A DNA stretch of 63,900 nucleotides, counting the filler, from Welwitschia mirabilis (taxonomy: Eukaryota): assembly GCA_051453625.1 (NCBI GenBank). It is 6 parts of one record of this genome, joined end to end, with 100 filler letters (N's around TTAATTAATTAA, not from the genome) between each part and the next. Parts side by side here need not be neighbours in the genome. Positions count along the whole stretch, not along the records: positions 22,793 to 31,353 come from JBOZIK010000001.1; positions 31,454 to 39,071 come from JBOZIK010000001.1; positions 39,172 to 60,569 come from JBOZIK010000001.1; 3 more parts are not named here. One strand, 5' to 3'. The position numbers and the translations under genes are program-made. Every line of letters begins with the position of its first letter. Positions within the stretch are counted from its first letter, which is position 1. A model generated the notes under the pieces. The model did no database searches. It was not told where the DNA came from and worked only from the letters and a program-made list of their open reading frames with translations. This document shows, one piece after another, positions 27,952 through 40,936 of this stretch.

Positions 27952-30900
27952 GGATAAGGACTGAATGTTTATGAATAGGTATTATACATTCAATTACATT
28001 TAAACTTATTCCTATAACTTTTAAAATATTATGTACTAATTTGTTTAATATTAATATGTAAAGGACATGTAAGAAGTATGAGAATGGTGTAAAAACGTTC
28101 ATGGATTTTGCAGTTAACAATTCCTTCAGTTCTCAAGGCATACTTTGTTCATATGTGAAATGTTACAATACTTGTTATTGATAACCAAACATTGTTTTTA
28201 AGCATTTTTTATGCAAAGGAATGGATCTTACATACATAAGGTGGATTATACATGGGGAAGCATCATAAGAAGACTATGATAAATATAGTGGCAAAAATAT
28301 AAGAGAAGATGATCCTATTTTTATGATGAAAGAAGCCTTTGTGTTCTTTAATGATGGGGAACAATCACATGAAGAAAAAACCATCATGGATTTCTCAAAT
28401 TTTGATAACTTTAGTGGTGATGTGAAAAATGCAGAATATAACATGCTAACCAAAGAAGATAAGGAGCCATTGTACCCTGGTTGCATAAAATATATAAAGC
28501 TTTTTATGATTATCAAATTGCTTACTATTAAAGTAATGGATGGATGGGAAAATCCAACATTTTCACTATTGCTTGATCTCTTACATAACTTATTTTTATA
28601 AGGTAATATAATTTCAAGTTCTTATGATCAATTAAAAATGATACTTAACTTCTTAGGTATAAAATATGATAAATTACATGCATGCCCTAATGATTGTGTA
28701 TTATATTAGAAGGAGCATGAGAACAAAATTGAATGTCCTCAGTGTGATGCATTTAGATGGAAATCAAAGAGAGGTCCTAAGGATATTAAACCAAATAAAA
28801 GATTATCTTCCAAAATATTATGATACTTTTTATTAATTCCAAGGCTACAAAGGCTTTATGCATTACCCATAATAGTAGAACATATGATGTGGCATTCAAA
28901 AAGGCAGATAGACTATGGTGTAATGTGACATCCAGAAGATTCTATCTTATGGAAAAGTATTAATGAATTAAATAATGAATTTAAGCTCGAACCCGAACAT
29001 GTAAGACTCAGTATTGCAACAGATGGATTTAATCTTTTTGGAATGCTTTCCACTACTTATAGTTGTTGAGTAGGTATGAGGTTATCTATAACTTACCACA
29101 TTGACTATGCATAAAAAGGTTGTATGTGATACTTTTGTTACCCATGTTGGGGTCTAAGCAACTAGGAAAATATATTGATATTTGCCTTCATCTTCTTATT
29201 AAAGAATTAAAGCTACCATGGTTATGAGGGAGTAAAAACATTTCATATACTAAAGAAGGAGTTCTTTACCATTAAAGAAGTGCTACTTTAGATGATAAAT
29301 GATTTTATAGCATATGGAAACATCTCAAGATGGAGAATGAAGAGGAGATTAGCATGTCCCCTATGTGCTTATAAGACCAATTCTTTATGATTACCTCATA
29401 GTAGGAAACCTTTATACCAATGGCATAGAAGATTCCTTGATAAGAATCATAGGTATAAACAAATGAAGAGATCTTTCAATGGTAAAGTAAAAGAAGAAGA
29501 AGAAGAACCCATGCCATTAAGTAGTGAAGAGATTCTTTTCCATCTTAACAACATGGATTTTACTTAGAAAAAGTGCATTTCTAAACATGAATAAAAAAGG
29601 ATAAAAATATCAAAACATGGAAAGCAAAAAAGCTAGTTATAGGTTACTCCACCTAGTAAATTAAAAAGGTTACATAGCAAATGCAAGAAAGTCATTTTGG
29701 GCATTTAAGGAAAAGAGCATAGCAACAGATGGAAAAAGAGATTAATACTATTTACTCTCCCATATTAGAAGGTAATAAAAGTTTATAAAATAGTTTAGTA
29801 ATAAATTCTTTTCCTTTTTTATGATTTCATTTAATACCTTTTTTGTTTCTAACATATACACAGAAACATGATGTTTGACATAATTTGGATGTTATGCATA
29901 TTGAAAAAATGTCTGTGAGAGCTTATTAAGCACTATCTTGAATACTAAAGTAAAATCAAAGAACAAGCTTGAATCACGACTTCATCTAAAAGAGATAGAT
30001 ATCAGAGATGAAGTTTCATCCATTATGATAACTGATGGAAAAAAGGAATTCCTTCCACTTGCTAGTTTTATAATGTCAATACAAGAAAGGAATTATTTTC
30101 TCAATATGTTATTAAAGTTAAAACTTCTAGATGCATATGCATCAAATATTCATAGGTGTATCCTATAAAAAGAACATAGACTTTCTGGGATTAAGAGTCA
30201 TGACTACCATATCCTTTTGCAACTCATTCTTCCCATTGCTTTACATAACTTACTTCCATCTAAGGTGCATCCATCAATAATTCAAATGTGTCTATTCTTC
30301 AAGGAGCTTTGTTATAAGGAAATTAATATAAAACTTTTGGAAGAATTGAAATCAAGANNNNNNNNNNNNNNNNNNNNNNNNNNNNNNNNNNNNNNNNNNN
30401 NNNNNNNNNNNNNNNNNNNNNNNNNNNNNNNNNNNNNNNNNNNNNNNNNNNNNNNNNNNNNNNNNNNNNNNNNNNNNNNNNNNNNNNNNNNNNNNNNNNN
30501 NNNNNNNNNNNNNNNNNNNNNNNNNNNNNNNNNNNNNNNNNNNNNNNNNNNNATAAAGTTTTGAAGTGCCTACCATTTAGATTCTTAAAAGTTTTAAAAT
30601 GGTATGTTAGAAATAAGAACAAACCAGAGAGATGCATTTCAGAATCTTTTGTTATAGAGGAAGCATTAATTTTTTGTACTAACCACATGATAAATATCTA
30701 TACATTTGAAAATACATTACAATATAATGGAGTTATTGATAATAATTCCAATGAATCATTTATACATTTTGAAGGAAGATTACTAGGTGCTGCAAATAGA
30801 AGGATATTGAGTGACATAGAAATTAAACAGGCACATAGATATGTGTTGTTTAACACCCCATGCATTGAATCATATGTGACTTCAGTGAATTAGAATTTCA

Positions 30901-31353
30901 TTATTTTATTGTTACTATATACATTCTTAATTATATATGTGTATAGTCAACACCTAGAAGAAATTTGTAGAAGCTTTTCATGAATGACAAAGTCTTCATA
31001 GCTTCAAATGCACAAAGATTTCTTTATTACTTGGTTTGAAGAACATGTAATGTATAATACATTCTATATAAAGTTATTAATGGCCATGCAATTATGATGT
31101 TTATAATATGTATGCATATAATTTTTTTAATGTTTTAGATTTACAAGTTAAGAGAAAAAGGCATACTTAATGAAGAAAAAGAAAAAGAAGTAAAATGGTT
31201 GTCACATCCTCCAGGTAGATATGCACAAAGGTATAAGGAATACCTCATCAATGGGTATAGGTTTTATGTAAAGGAGAGAAATGTAGAGTTAATATGTCAA
31301 AACATTGAAATTTATGTAATTACAAGTACTTCATATGTATCAAATGCAAAGGA
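27952..31353 (+). pseudogene. CACTA Tnp2/TnpD-type transposase pseudogene with introns, truncated at a gap
   Basis: KYENGVKTFMDFA, EPLYPGC, HACPNDCVL, IATDGFNLFG, LDVMHIEK, GIKSHDYH, YVRNKNKPERCISE, QAHRYVLFN, YLINGYRF; probable GT-AG introns near 29772-29863, 30876-30946 and 31047-31138. Confidence 0.93.
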
Positions 31354-33652
31354 NNNNNNNNNNNNNNNNNNNNNNNNNNNNNNNNNNNNNNNNNNNNTTA
31401 ATTAATTAANNNNNNNNNNNNNNNNNNNNNNNNNNNNNNNNNNNNNNNNNNNNCATGTTTCTACATATCAGCCAATGTTTTATGTATTAGCTAGAGTGTC
31501 TGATTACAAGGATGCATGAAGGGAAAGACCTCATATCACCTATTAGAATATTATTAAAAATAGATAATATTGGCCATCACCTTGGTTTTGGTAGGGAAGA
31601 AGATGCTTATGAGTTTTTAAGGTGAATATTTCTATTTGCCTATAAATTATAATTAGGATTGGAGCTACAAAGTTCTTCCTTTTCTCTTCCTCATTCAATT
31701 AATTATAAGAAACTTATTATCATTTTTTATTTTGTTAGTAACATAATTAAATACAATGATCTTCTTTTCTTGTTGTAAATTTCTATATTTAGTCTAATGA
31801 TTCTGGATTTTCTTCTCAAATTTGCTATTTATATAATGTAATTAATGTGCTTTTCTAAAGCTAGTAAAGAAAGGGTGGTTAACCCTATCATACAAGAAAC
31901 AACATTTGTACAATAGGCATTTTATGGCTATTTGCTATTAATAGTAATGACCTCTTTTCCTGCATAATAGTATATTTCTTTATGCCGAAGATATATGAAG
32001 TTATCTAGATAAAAAATTTACTGCATTATATATTCATTTAATATTTTGAAAATAATGCTTATAGATAGATAGATTATTAATTCTGTCTCAAATTGCAGAT
32101 CAAGTGTTTAAAGTGCCAACATGTTTCTGAGAGGTATGAAATGATGATGAACCTCACTGTAAAGATAGAAGGTAGTATTAAATTACTACAAGATGCTATT
32201 GAATGATTCATAGCATCTGAATTACTAGATGATTTGAATAAGTGTCATTGTAATAGGTGTGATTTGTTTCTTTTTTCTTCTATAGCCATTCTTCAAATTC
32301 TGTACTAGTTTTTAGTTTAGGTGGTGGATTTAATATGACTTATAAACTCTGCTTTTGTTTCTTCTTACAATATTATTGATTGAAACTATTTTTTTTGATT
32401 ACATATTAGAATTGCTTTTGTGCAACCATGTTATCATTCAAAGAATTTAAATGATTATAGTTATTGAAGATGTTTAATTAAAAGTTTAGAAGATGTTTAA
32501 TTAAAGAAACATAATACTTGAAATAGAATAGTAAGCTAGAAGGCATGTCTAGTATCTAGATAAGTGTTCAAGGAGTTCTTTCTTTTGCTATCTCTGTTCA
32601 GTGTAAAAAATCTATCTTAAAGTTTAATAAATCCAAATATAAGAGGATAATCATATGCTCAATTTCAAGAAATAGATACCAAAATTAAGAACAAAGCTAT
32701 AGATCTCAAAAAAAGTTAAGAAAAAATAACCCCGACAACCATAAACATTGATTAGCTTATTAATAGATATCATTTACTCTGTAACTACACAAAATGATGC
32801 ATAAAATGGAGGAAATGATAGACAAATTATCCACCTACAATAATGAATATTATTAAGTCCTTCTTAATAAAAGAATCTTATATGTTTCCATGATGAAACA
32901 ATAATACCGATATTTTTACCATTTAGAGATACAAACTCACTCTATACTTTAATTATTACTGACTTCATAATAGAGTAAAATCAAACTTAAATGTTTTCTG
33001 CTATCAAAATAAAAAGAATGAAATTGAAAAATGGAGATAAAAGAAAACCAAAATCCTTAAGTAGATATTCAAAAATACCACTTTATATGAAATATCATAC
33101 AAGAAATTACATTGATAAAATCTTAAAGAATGAAATCAGGAATCATTTTCAATGGGTTATGCATTGAAATGTTCATTAATGCACTCAAATTCTCAAGGTT
33201 TTTAGGAAAAAATTTCTTATCCATAGTTATAGAATTCCATAAATGTTGAACTCATCCACCCTTAGAGCCTTCAAAAGTTACATAATCATCTTGACTTAGA
33301 AGGTATTAGAACTCTCACCACTTGAAACTAAGATTTGCCAAAGAAAATAATATCCTTTTATAAAGAATTTGAAATACAAAGCATGCATTATTTAGTTCAA
33401 TTCTTTCTGCAAATTAGAATGAAATCTATAGTGGATGATTTAAACTCACCACATGAGTTTCAAGATCATTTGGATGATTTGATATCTTTATTACAAACTT
33501 TCCTTTTATTTCATTAGCACTTCCTCTGTGGATCAATCACTTATTATCATGGCCATTTGATCTGTAATTGTATTCTTTATATTACATCTCCAATTCTTAA
33601 GTAAGCATACATTCTCTTACTTATTAATGACTCCACCTAGAGCTATACGAAT

Positions 33653-33748
33653 AAGGACATCATAGTATTCAAGAAGAAGAGTGCTTGCATCAATTTCATC
33701 TGCTTTTTTAAATCCCCAAATGGCCTTTTTCAACTTTGTGTAAGTGAT
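33653..33748 (-). pseudogene. Possible receptor-like kinase gene fragment (juxtamembrane plus subdomain I)
   Basis: Translates ITYTKLKKAIWGFKKADEIDASTLLLEYYDVL, which matches the spacing of FxYxELxxATxxF....LGxGxFGxVYYGxL but lacks the glycine loop. Confidence 0.35.
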
Positions 33749-34419
33749 TAAAGTAGGGATGTTGATTGCATTACTATTCTTAATAACCCTAGAAATGTCA
33801 CTGCTTGCAACTTTTCCATCATTCTCATGAATTAGCCTTTGTTTCTATTTGATAAAATTTTGATGAAACATTTTATTTCTATTTAGGAGCATCATAGAAT
33901 TAGATATTGAAACTGCTCCATCTATAGTAATTCCTCTACNNNNNNNNNNNNNNNNNNNNNNNNNNNNNNNNNNNNNNNNNNNNNNNNNNNNNNNNNNNNN
34001 NNNNNNNNNNNNNNNNNNNNNNNNNNNNNNNNNNNNNNNTAGAATTAGATATTGAAACCGCTCCATCTATAGTAATTCCTATACTACTCACATTAGTCTT
34101 TAAAAGCTCTAAAACTGTAAATATATCAACAAATACATCAAAAGATAATTGAGGATATATTCTAGCAGATGTGTTTCATTTGATTATTTTGATTGATTTT
34201 CTATTTTTTTGGGATTTTAAAACACTTACAAAGAGAGCACCTTTATCTAAGTAGTATTGCTTTTGGGATTGGATACCATATTGGATATCATTATATATCC
34301 ATTATGTCAAAAATTCAAATTACATAAACATTTTCCATAGCTAATTTATTCTATATCCATTATGATCTAGAGTTTGACCTCTTATATTTTTTTCTCACAA
34401 GAGAGTCTTTTATTTATTT

Positions 34420-34695
34420 GATAAAATGCCTAAGAATGCTTTTAAGGTGTTTATTTGCTAAAATGCCTCTAAAGGCTTTTAAGGTATTTATTTGATAAAG
34501 ATTTTTGAGGCATTTATTGTAAAAACGCCTTAAAAAGTATTTAAGGCATTTTAATAAAAAATTCCTTAGAAATGCCTTAAAAGCATCTAAGCTTTTAAGG
34601 CGATATTTTTTAAAGCATTTTGTGAAGAAACTTCTTAAAATCTTTTAAGGCATTTTTTAAGGCCTTTTAAGACATTTTATAAATGCCTTAAAAGT
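34420..34695. repeat. CACTA right subterminal repeat array
   Basis: Same TTAAGGCATTT / AAATGCCTTAA units as the left end. Confidence 0.9.
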
Positions 34696-34712
34696 CTATA
34701 TTTCTTATAGCA

Positions 34713-37700
34713 GGTGCATATAATATAGTTTTTGTTAGAAAGTGAAAGTAATTTTCAACATGGAGATAAATTTTAATTTTTTTAAATTAGGATATATAAA
34801 GATATAGAAATTACAGATTTGGTTTATGAGATTATCCACAAATATGTTTTAATAATTAAAAATTTAAATGACAAGAATAAATTTCATGGTCTTAATATTA
34901 TATATAAAAAAATATATTTTTCATTTATGTTTAGATTAAGACTTTAATTACTATCTTTCTCTTAATCATGGGACTTTAATGTACCTTCTATTTTAACTTC
35001 TACTTCTTGTTATTTTGTAATACCTTCTAAAGATTAAATGACAATAGTACCTTGGTTAATACTAGGTTCAATAGAAGTGAGTAAGATAGCTAATGCACTA
35101 ATAGTAAGAAAAGGATTTCATTGGTTATAAGATCATATTACTAATTTATGAGAAATACTTTTCCATAAACATGTCTAAATTATGTTGTCTTGTTTTTACT
35201 TAATATGTGATTTCCCACATATGAAACTAATGACAAATGAAATTTATAGGGTAGCCTTTTCTTTGATAATATATTACACATGTAATATATATTTTTTCTA
35301 GAAAGAGAAACAATTTTAACATGAAATAAATGAATATAGCGTATTATGGTATGAAAAAGAAAGATGTTATAAAAAGATGTAGTTTATAAGATTATCTAAG
35401 TTGATGTTTATAATATGAAAATAAATTGGAAAGAAATAATTATACTAGTATATAAAATAAAAATATTATATAATATCTTATCTTTTATTTGTACACATGT
35501 TAAAAATTTAGCCAATAAATTTTCTTGATTATGAAATTTTTTATTCATTGCTATAATACCATCTATTAATTTAAGAGTGCCTTTCTTACAGGCATGTTTA
35601 ACTTATGTTATCTTATATTTTTTTAATATGTTATTTTCCATGTTATATTAGTACATAAAATATTTATAATGGCAATGGATGTACTCTAACTAGTGGAACA
35701 CTTGTACTCCATTTAAAAGATTACAAGTTTGAACATTTAGATGTCCTACTTTGTATACTATGATGATTTTAGTGTAATTAAATTATTTCTTCTAATGATT
35801 GTGGTGATTATGCTTCTAGGGAAGGTATTTGAATTGAAATTTTTGACTTTGATATCCTTTAAGCTATGATATTAATGACAAAAATAATTTATTAAGCAGT
35901 TCTTTATTTGACAATGTGCATGGAAGATAAATTTTATTAGAAAAATAAAGAAACTTTTAACATACAAATAAAATACAAAAAGTTATTTTATTATTACATT
36001 GAAAGATATTTTAATGAATAACTTAGTTTACACATTATTAAGACACACATTTTAATTATGGAAATCTTAAAAGAATTAAAATAAATTCTATTTCTTTAAA
36101 TTTTTTGTGAATTCTAAGTTCTATATATAAAAATATTAATTTCTTTATGAGCACTTCCTATATCATAAATTGCTTAAGTTACATTTTCTTTGCTTTTTTG
36201 GAATATTATGGAACCTGATAAATTTTGCAATTAATTTTTACATATTTATTGCAAAAAAAAAACCATGTTTGGATGGAAAATAAAACGCTATCAAAATCTA
36301 CAATAATTTATCTTATAGTAATAAGGTTCTTAAATAAAGTTTAATCAATTATTTATGAGTAACAATCAATGAAGTATAATTATTCATATTTCGTAAATTT
36401 CAAATGCAAAAATAAAATAGCACTAAATAGTGGATTGCATGTTGTTAACTTACATTGCAAAAAAATTAAGAAATTAAAGTATCAATTTTGTAACTTATAA
36501 ATACTAAATTATCAATTAGAAAGTTAGATAAATTAGGTTAATTCTAGATAAGGATATTATTTTGGTATAACACTTAGATTAATTATGTAATTACAAATAT
36601 ATATTAAAATCTTAATAGTTTGTTATAAGAATACTATGTAATGCACAACATAGAATCTTGTTGTAAAGAACCAATATTATAGAAATGCCTTAACAGTGCT
36701 AAATTTCCACATTTAATGCTTCATGAATTAAAGGATTAGTGCTTATCATAAGAGCTCAAAAAAAGGTTATCAAGAATTTTAGTATATATAATATCCATCA
36801 CAGTGATAATACCAAAAGTTTTCACTTCATAAGGAGTTAAGGATATATATAGGATACTATTTAAGGATACTGCTACCTAAACAAGGATCTTGAAAACCTA
36901 GGTATAATATAAAAGAATCTAATGTATGCAATCAATGGATGGGAAAGATTAATTATCAAAAGATCAACCTATATCTCCATGTTATCATCATGTCAAGAAA
37001 GTATTTTACTACAAAATAATCATATTAGTATCTAGAATAGTTCTATGTGGGCTATAGAAGTATTGATTTTGGCCAAAGGTATATAGCATAAAAATAACTT
37101 GAAATATAGTAAAAGTTAAAGTTTATTAATTATAAATCATAACTTGAATTCATACATAAATCATGATAAATAATGATATCATGAAATTATCCTTTTAATT
37201 TTCTATCATAATAGTTGTGATTAACTTAAATAGGTAATCTACAAATCTTAAGTCTAATCATCTCTCAATTAAGCTATGTTTACAAACATAATCCTTGATA
37301 AATTATAGCTTGCAAAGAAGCTTCTTATAAGATATTCAAAATATCATGTGGAAATCCTTCTGATTTACACTTGGGTGGATATTCTTCTTTTGTTTTAACT
37401 AACTCATAATACCTTCTTGACAAGTGTGTATGTATTATTAAGAGTGATGGAGTTGGATTTTGACAAATTCTCCATTTTATTTAATGAATGTTTTAATTTT
37501 TTATAAGTTGAATTTCTTTCCCCAATTTTCTCATGAAATTCCTCTTCTTTGTTAACATCTTCATTATTTCATATTCTATGAATCGTACTTTGACATCCAT
37601 ATATGTATTTATATATTTTTTTAATATAAATATACTTATTTCATTTAGTTTATTTTTCATGTAATATCATTCATAATCCATTCTACATGATGTTATAGGT

Positions 37701-38388
37701 GATTTTAACTATTTTATACTTAATTCATCTTGGGATCTTATTACATTTGGAATAGTATAGCATAAGATTTTTACTTATTTTTTTACTAACATATTATAAT
37801 ATTTATGATATTTGCATATAATTTTATTAAATTTCTAATGTAATACTAATAATCTAGTTAGGAGATATGTTGAGAAATTTTTTATGTATTTTCATCCTTA
37901 AATATAATTATTATCTAATCATAGTATAATTATTTATACTCATTTATATATCAATTTATCTTATGTTCTATAATTACTAAAGCTTGATCTTATAATACAT
38001 TTTAAGTTATTTTGCGACTATGTATTCATGTCCAAAAGTAGAACTTGCAAAAGTTACATAAAGATAAGCAAAATAGTTTTCTAGTTATTAACATGTTGAT
38101 AACATAGAATTATAAGTTGAGCTTTTTATAACACATCCTTAACTCATAATGGAGTAAACACAGTAGATTGTATTTTGCTATATCTAGGATTTTGAAACCC
38201 TTATTTAGGATGGTGATATGTTTAAATCATAGACAATATATACTATTAACTTCTTATGTAGTGAGAATTTTTCATGTCTTATATCATCATTCTAATTAAC
38301 TATTGTCTATGATTATGATTTCTATGACCTTGTTCCAAGATTTTTCAAAAGCTGGCAAATTTCTAGAAATAATTCTTTAGCATCTCTA
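34713..38388 (+). repeat. Direct duplication copy A, right part
   Basis: Collinear with ~49911-53940, e.g. the shared CCACATTTAATGCTTCATGAA. Confidence 0.92.
36740..38355. repeat. Long diverged inverted repeat, arms ~36740-37182 and ~37920-38355
   Basis: TTTTCACTTCATAAGGAGTTAA pairs with TTAACTTCTTATGTAGTGAGAA; AAAAGATCAACCTATATCTCCATGTTATCATCATG pairs with CATGTTGATAACATAGAATTATAAGTTGAGCTTTT. Confidence 0.75.
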
Positions 38389-39479
38389 TCATCTAGCATT
38401 TTAATTAATAGAAAATTTAGTTTCTTCGCATATTTTCTTTCTTTTAATTATTTCAAGTATAATAACTTGTAATTCAAAATATAAATGAATTAAAAATTCA
38501 ATAATATTTTACTATATAAGTTAAAAAGATGATAATTATAGTATTAATGCATACAAAATAAAAATTATTTAATGACTTTTTATTATAATTAGTTAGGAAA
38601 TCCCAACACTATATGAAAGCACTACTTATATCTTGTGGAGCTATGCTCATGTTTATTATCATTAGGATTTTGTGGGGTTGGGATGGAAAATGACTCATTA
38701 AATTTAAGCAATGAGCTAGGACCATTACCCACCATTTTAATCTTAGACATTGTGTGAAAGTGGTAAGTGTGATAAAACTCTTAAATGTTTCTAAAAGTAT
38801 ATAAAAATACTTAAATGTGTAGAAACATAATAGTTGTGATTAACTTAAACAGGTAATCTACAAATCTTAAGTCTAATCGTCTCTCAATTAAGCTATGTTT
38901 ACAAACATAACCCTTGATAAATTATAGCTTGAAAAGAAGCTTCTTATAAGATATTCAAAATATCATGTGGAAATCCTTCTGATTTACACTTGGTTGGATA
39001 TTCTTCTTTTGTTTTAACTAACTCATAATACCTTCTTGACAAGTGTGTATGTATTATTAAGAGTGATGGAGNNNNNNNNNNNNNNNNNNNNNNNNNNNNN
39101 NNNNNNNNNNNNNNNTTAATTAATTAANNNNNNNNNNNNNNNNNNNNNNNNNNNNNNNNNNNNNNNNNNNNTTAAATGTTTCTGAAAGTATATAAAAATA
39201 CTTAAATGTGTAGAAACAAAATAACCTAAAAATATTTTTCAACAAAGAAGCAACAAATAAATAAAATGCACATATTTAATAAGAGAGAGAAATGCACATA
39301 TTTAATAAGAAAGAGAAAAGACAATGCACTATAAATCTTGAAATAAAATAATATGTATTAGTATTTCATCTAGATTAGCAATTGAAACATATTATTTAAA
39401 ATGTGTTTTTTATTTTGTTATTTCATTTTTTTCCTCAATACTCTTCCTCACACTTTCAAGTATTTATCTTTGATTTGTA

Positions 39480-40930
39480 GAGCTTCTGTTAATTTCTTAA
39501 ACTTGTTTGTTCTGATTAGCTTTATTAATCTATCTACATTTTACCATCATGCGTTGATGTAGTAGGATTTAATAAATGCTTCTAAGTAGAGTTTTCTAAT
39601 ATAGTGTAATAGCTTTAACATGCTTTGTTATTTCATGAAATATTAGGCTCTTTATGAGTTTGATTAAACACTAATTATTACAATGAATAGAAATTTAGAA
39701 ATTAGACTTCTTTACCTAGTTTGCTTAGAATTTGTTTGATCCATTTTAGTTTACACCATAAAATCATAGCTGTGATGTATTTTCTTTAGTAGAAAAAAGT
39801 ATAATTGTCTTCTATTTTTAGCTTAACCATAAAATAATGTCTCCATTAAACTAGATGATATAGCTTATGGTAGCACCTCTATATTTAGGTCTAGTTTAAT
39901 ATAGATTTATGTAGTAAACTACTTCAATTTTCTTTTCTAAATATCATACCATATTTTGTTTTTTTAGTAAGATACTTTAATACATTTATCACTAAATTAA
40001 TATATGTCATCTTCAAAGAATACATGATTCTCTAAGCTTGTTAATAGTAAATGTACTATCTAGTTTTCTGTTCGTTAGATGTATTAATTTTCCTCTCAAA
40101 CTATGAAATTTTATGATCTCAAAATTTTCAATTATTTCTTTATGATTTAATTTTATACTTTAATTCATTAACTTATTGCTCATCAATAATTCTTTAATTG
40201 GCTTTTATCAAGTATTTGATTAATATTTCTTTCTTAAAAAATATTTTTATTATTTCATTGTTCTTTATTATTAGAAATCTTTAAAAAAACTTAAGATATC
40301 TGAGGTCTAATATTTTAAATTTTTGATTAAGGGAATTCCTATCCTTTATTAATATGATGTCATCTACATGAAGTAATAGTATTACAACTGTTTTTTTATT
40401 TGTCATCTAATTTTATGTAGATATTTAAGTCTATTGATAGCATCTTGAAATATAGATCTTTCAGGAATATGTTAATATTCTTAAACCATATTCTAGCATC
40501 TTGTTTTATGCTATAAAGAAATTTTTATTTTTTTTAAAAGTAGACTATTATTTCTTAGCCTTTAATTTAAGGCTTTAAATTGCATTATGTATATTTTATC
40601 TTCAATATTTTCATTTAGGAATGAAGATTTAATATCAAACTAAGATAAATTTCAATTATATTGGATTATTAAGGAGAGTGATTTGTATAGTATGGATTTT
40701 TATTGTAGGTGAAAATGTTTCAGTCTAGTTAATTCCTTTATTCTAGATGAAACCTTTAATAATAAACCTTATTTCATTGACTATACCATATTAGTTATAT
40801 TTGATATAAATCATTTTATCTATATTCTTTGTTTCTTTGAATAGTTTTTAAGTTTGATTCTTTAAGATCCTATCTTACTCGTTGTAGTAAAAATATATCT
40901 ATGCTACTCTCCTAATATTAAGATTTGGTA
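39480..40930 (-). mobile_element. Possible very decayed non-LTR retrotransposon remnant
   Basis: Only a DRIL..IKL-like endonuclease motif near 40850-40875 and general coding-like texture. Confidence 0.25.
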
Positions 40931-40936
40931 AGACAA

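Larger units (their letters stand above)
12488..34712 (+). mobile_element. CACTA (En/Spm) DNA transposon, 22.2 kb including nested insertions
   Basis: Left TIR CACTACAAGAAAT (12488), right TIR ATTTCTTATAGCA (34700-34712, decayed ATTTCTTGTAGTG), 3-bp TSD GAT/GGT, matching subterminal arrays, internal transposase, and an empty site in the paralogue at ~49911. Confidence 0.93.

Noticed and set aside
27952..31353. Functional or domesticated transposase
   Set aside because: Many in-frame stops and frameshifts in conserved regions.
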